Source: Eledone cirrhosa
Lineage: Eukaryota
Length of the DNA: 64,000 nucleotides
Assembly: GCA_964016885.1 (NCBI GenBank)
Contig: OZ024740.1
Location: 162,564,001-162,628,000, forward strand
Direction of reading: 5' to 3'
The notes under the pieces: model-generated
The model's database searches: none
The model's input: the letters and a program-made list of their open reading frames with translations, nothing else
Told to the model about the DNA's origin: nothing
Made by a program: the position numbers and the translations under genes
Part shown: in pieces, positions 54,201 through 64,000 of the stretch
How positions within the stretch are numbered: position 1 is the stretch's first letter
Layout: each line of letters opens with the position of its first letter

Positions 54201-57068
54201 ACCACCATCAACACCACCACCACCACCACCACCACCACCACCAACACCACCACCACCACCACCACCACCAACACCACCAACACCACCACCACCACCATCA
54301 ACACCACCACCATCAACACCACCACCACTACCAACACCACCACCACCACCACCACCACACCACCACCATCAACACCACCACCAACACCATGAACACCACC
54401 AACACCACCATCAACACCACCACCACCACCACCACCACCACCATCAATACCACCACCACCACCATCAATACCACCACCACCACCACCAACACCACCACCA
54501 CCACCACCAAAACCACCAACACCACCATCAACACCGCCACCACTACCACCACCACCACCACCACCACCACCACCACCACCGCCACCATCAACACCACCAC
54601 CATCAATACCACCACCACCATCAACACCACCACCACCACCACCACCACCACCACCATCAATACCACCACCACCACCATCAACACCACCACCACCACCACC
54701 ATCAACACCACCACCAACACCACCACCACCAACACCACCAACACCACCATCAACACCGCCACCACCACCACCACCACCAACACCACCACCACCACCAACA
54801 CCACCAACACCACCATCAACACCACCACCACCACCATCAACACCACCACCATCAACACCACCACCACCACCAACACCACCACCACCACCAACACCACCAA
54901 CACCACCACCACCACCATCAACACCACCACCACCACCATCAACACCACCACCACCACCATCAACACCACCACCACCACCACCACCATCAACACCACCACC
55001 ACCACCACCAACACCACCACCACCACCACCACCACCAACACCACCAACACCACCACCACCACCATCAACACCACCACCATCAACACCACCACCACCACCA
55101 ACACCACCACCACCACCACCACCAACACCACCAACACCACCACCACCATCAACACCACCAACACCACCAACACCACCATCAACACCACCACCACCACCAA
55201 CACCACCATCAACACCGCCACCACCACCACCACCACCACCACCACCACCACCACCACCACCGCCACCATCAACACCACCACCATCAATACCACCACCACC
55301 ACCATCAACACCACCACCACCACCATCAACACCACCACCACCACCACCACCACCACCACCACCATCAATACCACCACCACCACCATCAACACCACCACGA
55401 CCACCATCAACACCACCACCAACACCACCACCACCACCACCAACACCACCAACACCACCATCAACACCGCCACCACCACCACCACCACCAACACCACCAC
55501 CACCACCAACACCACCAACACCACCATCAACACCGCCACCACCACCACCACCACCAACACCACCACCACCACCAACACCACCAACACCACCATCAACACC
55601 ACCACCACCACCATCAACACCACCACCATCAACACCACCACCACCACCAACACCACCACCACCACCAACACCACCAACACCACCATCAACACCACCACCA
55701 CCACCACCAACACCACCACCACCACCACCACCACCAACACCACCAACACCACCACCACCACCATCAACACCACCACCATCAACACCACCACCACCACCAA
55801 CACCACCACCACTACCACCACCAACACCACCAACACCACCACCACCATCAACACCACCAACACCACCAACACCACCATCAACACCACCACCACCACCACC
55901 ACCACCAACACCACCACCACCACCAACACCACCAACACCACCATCAACACCACTACCACCACCACCACCAACACCACCACCACCACCAACACCACCAACA
56001 CCACCATGAACACCACCAACACCACCATCAACACCACCACCAACACCACCAACACCACCATCAACACCACCACCACCACCACCACCAACACCACCATCAA
56101 CACCACCACCAACACCACCAACACCACCACCAACACCACCACCACCACCATCAACACCACCACCAACACCACCACCACCACCACCACCATCAACACCACC
56201 ACCACCACCAACACCACCAACACCACCATCAACACCACCACCAACACCACCACCACCACCACCACCACCACCACCACCACCACCAACACCACCATCAACA
56301 CCACCACCAACACCACCAACACCACCACCAACACCACCACCACCACCATCAACACCACCACCACCACCATCAATACCACCACCAACACCACCACCAACAC
56401 CACCACCATCAACACCACCAACACCACCATCAACACCACCACCACCACCATCAACACCACCACCAACACCACCACCACCACCACCACCATCAACACCACC
56501 AACACCACCATCAACACCACCACCACCATCAACACCACCACCATCAACACCACCACCACCATCAACACCACCACCACCACCACCACCAACACCACCACCA
56601 ACACCACCACCACCACCATCAACACCACCACCACCACCATCAACACCACCACCAACACCACCACCACCACCACCACCATCAACACCACCAACACCACCAT
56701 CAACACCACCACCACCATCAACACCACCACCATCAACACCACCACCACCATCAACACCACCACCACCACCACCACCAACACCACCACCACCACCATCAAC
56801 ACCACCAACACCACCACCAACACCATACCACCACCACCACCAACACCACCAACACCACCACCAACACCACCAACACCACCATCAACACCACCAACACCAC
56901 CACCAACACCATACCACCACCACCACCAACACCACCAACACCACCACCAACACCACCAACACCACCATCAACACCACCACCACCACCACCACCAACACCA
57001 CCAACACCACCACCAACACCATACCACCACCACCACCAACACCACCACCACCACCATCAACACCACCT
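50737..57068. repeat. ~6.3 kb compound trinucleotide array: (TAC)n/(TAA)n, then higher-order CAC-rich units, then (CAC/CAA/CAT)n
   Basis: Directly visible. Explains the long poly-T/P/H and poly-V/G ORFs. Confidence 0.97.
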
Positions 57069-57699
57069 TCCACGCTACGTTTTTCAATACTAACACCATT
57101 TGCATTTGCGCATGATATCGATGTTGATTATGATGACGACGTCGACGACGACGATGTGGATGATGTGGAGGATGGTGATGATGACGTTGACAACAATGAA
57201 CACTATGACGACCCGGAGGAGTAGGAAGAGGGAAGATAGGGTGACGATGATGATATCTATAATAATGAATATAATGATGATGATGATGAAAATATCAATG
57301 ATGGCTATTTCTGTTGCTAACTATTGAACATATCTTTCTTTTTTAAAATTATTCTTCGATAAGGTTTATGGAAAATATTTGATATCTATCATTGAATAAA
57401 GTGTGAAATATATGTGATGGTATCAGAGCTTATATAGTTGTGAAATATTGTATAAGAATATGGGACTATGTATGCGTATGGTTGAGTGTATGTGTGTGTG
57501 TGTGTGTGTGTGTCTGTACAAATTCTCTATTTGTCTACATAAATATTATATGCATATGTGTAGAATCATACAATAACTGTTTCTACGTTAGGCACAAGGC
57601 CACCAATTAACCAGTGTATTACTGGTACTTTATTTTATCAACCCCACATCAATCATTTAGTTTTCAACTGTTCCTCTGTCTCTCACTCTCTCTCATTTA

Positions 57700-57762
<63 letters not shown>

Positions 57763-57900
57763 AAGTTATATTTAAAATTGTTGGGTTACAACTAGTAAAT
57801 ATTTATAACTGATATAAAAGCACTCGACAAATATTTGGAGTATATTTACAATATTAAATATTAAATAAATGGAAAACTATATTTATAAAACCATATTTAT

Positions 57901-57960
57901 TTCATTATATATATTTCGGGGATATCATATTAACAATATGCTATGCCTTCATCAGACAAA
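57901..57960 (-). ncRNA. Hammerhead motif, left palindrome arm
   Basis: Mirror image of 58114-58173. Confidence 0.5.
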
Positions 57961-58113
57961 ATACAATATAAACAGTTTTATAGATAAATATATTCGACAT
58001 ACCGTAATAAACATCAACTTCATTTGAAGAGGTAGCGTAAACCTCTTCAAATGAAGTTGATGTTTATTACGGTATGTCGAATATATTTATCTATAAAACT
58101 GTTTATATTGTAT

Positions 58114-58173
58114 TTTGTCTGATGAAGGCATAGCATATTGTTAATATGATATCCCCGAAATATATATAATGAA
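58114..58173 (+). ncRNA. Hammerhead motif, right palindrome arm (imperfect stems)
   Basis: tttgt-CTGATGA-aggcatagcatatt(gtt)aatatgatatcccc-GAAAT-atat-ATA-atgaa. Confidence 0.5.
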
Positions 58174-58214
58174 ATAAATATGGTTTTATAAATATAGTTT
58201 TCCATTTATTTAAT

Positions 58215-58282
<68 letters not shown>

Positions 58283-58373
58283 TGTGTATAATATCAATAT
58301 ACCATAATAGTTAAGATATTCAAAGATTAACTGATTAAACACTAGTGGGTTGACTTAAATTTGCCTTTTTTAA

Positions 58374-58407
<34 letters not shown>

Positions 58408-58532
58408 TTGATATCTATCATTTAATAAGGTGTGAAATATGTGTGATGGTATCAGAGCTTATATAGTTGTGAAATATTGTATAAGAATATAAGAAAACCC
58501 ACTGTACCAATAGGAAATGTATCATATGTAAG

Positions 58533-58907
58533 GTGAACCCCCGGATAAACTGTAAAACTAGAAACGTAGTCTATAGCATAAGATGTACAGAGGGTACTTG
58601 CAGAAACATGACAACAACATACATAGGTGAGACAGCTCGTAGCATAGGTGAAAGGATAGACCAACACTGGGGGGAACTAAAAGGACGTAAAAACGGGTCA
58701 GTACTATACGAACATGCTAGACAACAACATGACGGTAACATAGACAACATAGAAATTAGAATAATATCTAAACATAGAAATGACCCAGCAGATAGGCAAA
58801 TCAGAGAGGCCAGTGAAATAGAAATTAGAAGACCAAGGCTAAACAGAAAGAATGAATGGAATAACAACAACACCCAAACAAACAACACTGACCTAAGAGA
58901 AGTATAA
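58533..58907 (+). pseudogene. PLE GIY-YIG endonuclease domain (5'-truncated element)
   Basis: NCKTRNVVYSIRC....C......YIGETARSIGERIDQH...LYEHARQQH...RQIREASEI....PRLNRKNEW. GIY-YIG motifs with a CCHH-like arrangement in an uninterrupted frame. Confidence 0.9.
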
Positions 58908-59137
58908 ATAAGTAAATAAAATAAGATAAATAAATAAATAGATACATACACAAGCACAATAACAACAAGCACATAAACACACACTAGTCACCCATCACAC
59001 AGCAAACATAACACTATACACACACGCAAACGCATGCGCAAAGAAGACAAAATAAAATAAACAAACAATAAATAAATATATAGACAGACTGAATAAAAAT
59101 GGCGTAGACATACAACACAACAGGAGGAAAATATAAC

Positions 59138-59179
59138 ACCACTGACGATGTTGCAGATGTGCAACGAAAGATTTATGAT
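59138..59179 (+). ncRNA. Minimal hammerhead motif in the PLE 3' pLTR
   Basis: acca-CTGACGA-t-gttgca(gatg)tgcaac-GAAAG-at-TTA-tgat, ~230 nt after the GIY-YIG stop. One stem I mismatch. Confidence 0.65.
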
Positions 59180-59374
59180 AAACTATATATATGTGTTTGT
59201 GTCTATATTGTATCTGTATTATTTTTGACCGTCGGTCAGTCAATGGCAACATTGAGGACCGAGTAAGTTAGATTACCGATATAAAAGACAGCGAGAAGCG
59301 AAAACCAACCAAACAGTGAGTGTGTTCTGTTATTAATTCTGGCAATATTGCACAAATATGACCCTCCCAAGTAT

Positions 59375-59419
<45 letters not shown>

Positions 59420-59559
59420 GAGGGGGGAGGGCAGAGTAAATGAGAGAGTATATATATATGTGTGTGTGTGTGTGTTGAACAATGAAAATAAAATAAAAGT
59501 CGAAGTCTTTATTTAAAGATCGTAAAAGAGTAAATAAGAGGTTATATGTCTTAATCCGT

Positions 59560-61265
59560 ATGGTGAACAAATGGTGTCCCACGTGTTGGCCTCCCCACAA
59601 CCCCGGCGGACAGAATGGAGAAGGCTTTTACCCGGAGGATGCTAAGGGAGATGCAGGAAAGGGCCATTCCAACTCGCAAGGCTCACACCTGCGGCTGGCC
59701 AGCTCAGCGCCTATGGTGGTGAACAGGGAGGTAGCCATAGGGCCAAGGATACCAGAAGTCTTCACTGCCAAGAGCACGACCGCGAACCTGTTGGAGAGCG
59801 ACCGGTACTTGGAGAGTTTGGCCCCCTTAGCCCGACGTGCAGCAGAACCTGGGTTAGTCGCAGACTGAACTAGGTTGCGGCTGCAGAAAGTGTCGCTGCA
59901 AGTGGCACCCCAGACAAGGGGTTTGCCACCGCAGAACTGGAAGATGGTCATACCGTCTGGCCTTTTGCCGTCCCCTCGGTCCAGCCCCACCGGCTCGAGC
60001 TGGGAGGGGAAGCCTGCAGCGTCCAAGCCATGTTTTATGACCTCGTCGAGAGCAGCATGGCGTAGAAGGCGACTGGCACTGTGGCGATAGGAAAGCGGGC
60101 GGAGTCCGAAAGAGTCCACGGTGGATCCACAGTGACATTTATATGGCTCGCAGATCCGGAGTCCAAGCTTCAAGGAAACGCCGATACCCAGGCTATCGTT
60201 ATCCAGCTGCGTGTCAGTGGAGAAAGAGAGTAAGGAATGGAGCCAGGCATCACTGTGTGTTTTGGAGGCCGCGCGAAAAGAGGCAAGGTGCTGCTGGTCG
60301 AGCTGGCGCGTGACCCTGTCTGAGGCCAGGCTTCACTGGATGGCATCCGAAGCGCTTTGTGTGGACTTGACGTCAGCAGGGGGAGAATGTCCCACGTCTC
60401 ACAGGCGGCCTCACGTTCCCTGATCACAAAGGATTCCATTGTGTTTTGGAGAACCCTGTTGACCAGGACGCAGCATGCGGTTACCGATGAAAGAAAGGTC
60501 AGCAAAGCCAGCGCTTTTGGGGACCGGAGGCCAAGGCCGCCATATCTGACAAATAAAGTGACCTGTTGCCATCCAATGTCGTCAAACCTGACGTTGCATA
60601 TCTCCTGGGCTGCCGCTCGGATACAAGTATCGGGGTCAGCGAGGAGAGATGCGTCGCTGTAGCATGGAGCGTGTGAAGGGTGTAGAGGAGCTTCGGCATG
60701 GCGAAGTAGTTCGTCAACAGGAAGAGAGCTGGGTGGCCGTCGATGAAGCCCAGTCGGCTCGTGAGGGTCTGGAGTTGTTGGAACCTGAACCTGATGATGG
60801 AGCGGATGGCCGGCGGGTGGATCGGTGACCTGAGGATGAGGACATCCTCTTTGGGGTTCACCTGTACCTGATGGAGAATGGACCGCACGTCCGAGACGGA
60901 GGCTGCAAAGCTCTCAGCATCATAGCTGACATTCACCACCTCCGACTTGGACGAGTTGACCTGGAGGCCGATTCCCGCCAGGGCAGGAATCACCGATTGA
61001 AGGTCATGGCAGACAATCTCCACGGGCCCGCCCAACGTAGCATCATCCAGGTACCAAACGTTGAGAATGGCCGTGATACTCCGGACAATGTGGTCTATAC
61101 CAAGGGCAAACAGGAGGGGGCCCAAAGGGTCGCCTTGTTGGACCCCAGTGGCCGAAGGTATGACCGTATCAGCAGCAAGGGGCATGCTCGCGGCTCCATA
61201 TGACAGGTAGGCCAGCGGGGAGGCGGAGGGGGCTCGGTTGAGGCAGGCATCGAGCAGATGATCCC
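59560..61265 (-). mobile_element. CRE-clade non-LTR retrotransposon (RT, Zn knuckle and RLE), 5'-truncated and frameshifted
   Basis: GVQQGDPLGPLLFAL, WYLDDATLGG, CHCGSTVDSFG...RHAAL and LEPVGLDRGDGKRPDG..GKPLVWGATCSDT. GC-rich island in AT-rich DNA. Confidence 0.9.
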
Positions 61266-61798
61266 GGCATATTATTTCATTGTTCTACAATTGTTTCATA
61301 AACAGTTGGAAATCAGTGAGTCCAAAACGTTAAGACTCTTTTCCTACTATATCAAGCGTAAAACTAATAATATATTTCTTCATTGTACTGTGTCGTTTGC
61401 TTTGTTATTTCTGTTTGCCTTTTACATACATACACACATATCTGTACCATTATGTGGACCCTCAAATTCGTTGGATTCCTACATTGGATTTTCACCCTGG
61501 AACTGGATTTTTACTTGAACTTCCACTTGGATATCACTGGGTTTTCTTATAGCTTTTTCTTTTATACCAATATACTACGATTCATTACCACTTTTCCTTC
61601 ACTATTCTCTTCCAATTACTTCCTTCTCGTCATCTCCATCTCATCATTCTATTTCTCTATCACCCCGTTGCCCATTCTCCTCTATCTTTCTATTTCTTCT
61701 TTAATTTCTCATTCTATTTTCTGGGAAAGGACTGGCTTCCGAAAGGTTATGACTCTTTTCCTACAATATCAAGCGCAAAACTAATTATATATATATAT

Positions 61799-61851
<53 letters not shown>

Positions 61852-62323
61852 GAGAGGAGAGGGGGAGAAAGAGAGTGAAAGAGTGAGATAGAGTGAGAGA
61901 GAGAGAGTGAGGGAGAGAGAGTGAGAGTGTGAGAGAGAGATTTAGAGTTACAAGTTTAGAATAGAAAGACCATTATCCAACTAAGTATTCGATACTTAGG
62001 AAAATAGAGTAGGTATTTTTAAAAGTTACTACTCAACGGCTGAGCTCTTGCTGTTTCGATGGCGAGTGGATAACTTCATTCAGCTCTTTCCAAACCCCGT
62101 CTCTTTATGGGCGGAGTCATAATTTGATTGATGTGTAGAGTAAATAGTAAAATGGGTGAAGCTGTGTGTGCAGGTGGAAAGTCACGGAATAAACTTTTTA
62201 TGGTGTCGTACTTGGTGATTGTCTCAATTGAGGCGATTACAAGTCTGCCTGTTAGTGGGTGTGAGCAATAAACCGATTACTGTTGGAACTTCGATTTATG
62301 TATTATTCGCGCCGCGCCCCTAG

Positions 62324-62438
<115 letters not shown>

Positions 62439-62876
62439 GTGTGTTCGTGTGTGTGTGTGCGTGTGTGTGTATGTGTGTGGCCTGTTAAGGCGGCGGTGGT
62501 GGTGAAGGTTTTGCGTGCTTTGAAAGACCTGTTGCTATAGTGACGACGATATTGGGGTAATTTGCATTGGTAAAGAAGAGGGAAGAAGGTGATACTAAAG
62601 TTGAATTTTTTAAAACAAAAATTCAAAAAGCTCGATAAAATTTCTGATCCTAGGGGTGAGAGACACAAAAGATGCCAGTCCCTTTGATAGGTGACCTGGT
62701 TAATAAACATTGGGAAATAAAAGTTCAACAATAATAACTCTTTATAAGATCAACATTTTGAAAACAATATTGCAATTTACGGAGTATAATAAAGCGTGGC
62801 AACCAATTGAAGACCATAATTATAGCTACTGTAATATTACTACTTATACAACTACTATTAATAATAATTCTTTCAG

Positions 62877-63570
62877 GGCAGTGGATTGGCAGAATCAGTC
62901 GAACGTCGGACAACATGCTTAGCGGCATTGAGTTGTGGCCCTTTACGTCCTGGGTCCAAATCCCACCAAGGTTAGTTTCGCTTTCCATCCTTACGGGGTC
63001 GATAAAATAAAGAACCAGTAATGCAATTGTTGGCCTTGTGCGTAAATCAGAAACCATTAATAATAATTCTTTCACAGGACAAGCAATTTAGGAGAAAAAC
63101 AAATTCTATTATATCGACCCCAATACTTTACTGGTACTTAATTTTATCGTTTACCGAATGATGAAGCACAAAGTTGACGTCGGCGGAATTTGAATCAAAA
63201 CGTAGAAAGTCTAACTAAATGCCACAAAGTGTGTTGTCCGACGCTCCGTTGAAACTACCTACCTACTGCCGCCGTACAGCTATTATCAATAATAAAGATA
63301 ATATTAATAAATGAATGTTTCTAACATAGGCGCGATTGTTGAAGCCCTGGGTGTGAGAAGGTCCATTATATCGACGGATTGGTAGAATGTGGAGAGCATC
63401 GGACATTATGCTATGTGGCATAGAGATACGTCCCTTGACGTTCTGCGTTCAAATCCCACCGAGGTTAACTTTGCTTTCCATCCTTACTGGGTCGATAAAA
63501 TAAAGTACCAGTTTCGCACTGGGGCCGATTTAATTGTTGACCTCGTGCCTAAATCGGAAACCATTATCTC
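62877..63570. mobile_element. SINE cluster (three copies, mixed orientation)
   Basis: Plus-strand copies at ~62877-63058 and ~63375-63567 and a minus-strand copy at ~63075-63260. All share the gtcgataaaataaag.accag core. Confidence 0.75.
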
Positions 63571-64000
63571 AACTAAAGTACTTATTGCTAACTCTGTAAA
63601 GATAGAAAGCAAAGTTACCCACACAGAATTGGAAGTTAAAGAAACCAAACTACGTAAAGGTATTTTCTCTGACGCTCTGTTGATTCTTCCGGTCCACTAT
63701 ACGGTAGATAAATAATTGCTATTAACAACTACAACAATAACAACGACAACAACAATGACATCAACAACAACAATTAATGATGTTTACAGAGAAAAAACAA
63801 CAACAGCCAGCTCAGTAATAATTGTTTCTACTATAGGCACAAGGCCAGCAATTTTGGGGGTTGGAAAGTCGATTAAATGTCGATATAGTACCTTATTAAA
63901 TTATTTGAAAAATATTTACTAAAATCAAATTAAGTTATTTCTTGAATGGATTTAATTTTAAATAATTGTTTCTACTTTTGGCACATGGTCAGTAATTTGA

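Larger units (their letters stand above)
57857..58217. repeat. Perfect palindrome with 177 bp arms and a 7 nt spacer
   Basis: 57857-58033 is the reverse complement of 58041-58217, with spacer agcgtaa. Confidence 0.95.

Noticed and set aside
52235-57115. 1626 aa ORF as a mucin gene
   Set aside because: CAC-type repeats have no stops in these frames. The ORF has a non-ATG start and no signal peptide, and it drifts through T, P and H phases.
61320-61790. ~50 bp direct repeat with HHR-like 3' halves (aaaacgttaagactc / gaaaggttatgactc)
   Set aside because: Probably a decayed pLTR, but the core is too degenerate to annotate as a ribozyme.

Overview
AT-rich, gene-poor eukaryotic DNA dominated by (TA)n, (CA)n, (GAA)n and (CAC)n microsatellites. 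The abundant tRNA-derived SINEs resemble octopus/cephalopod SINEs, so an octopod mollusc is likely (inference). I can support no intact cellular gene, and most long ORFs in the track are microsatellite read-through. Recognisable content is decayed transposons: Penelope-like elements (PLE; RT and GIY-YIG), RTE-type, Tx1/L1-type, R4/Dong-type and CRE-type LINE fragments, Tc1/mariner and hAT remnants, MITEs and SINEs. The strongest hidden signal is non-coding. Reading both strands by eye gave about 16 type I hammerhead ribozyme (HHR) motifs from about 11 unrelated sequence families. They lie in short, mostly ORF-less modules wedged between (TA)n tracts and arranged as direct repeats, inverted repeats, tandem arrays and a perfect palindrome. 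This looks like a dense population of PLE pLTRs and non-autonomous ribozyme retroelements using TA microsatellites as a landing pad. HHR structures were folded by eye and are not tested. Repeat boundaries are approximate.
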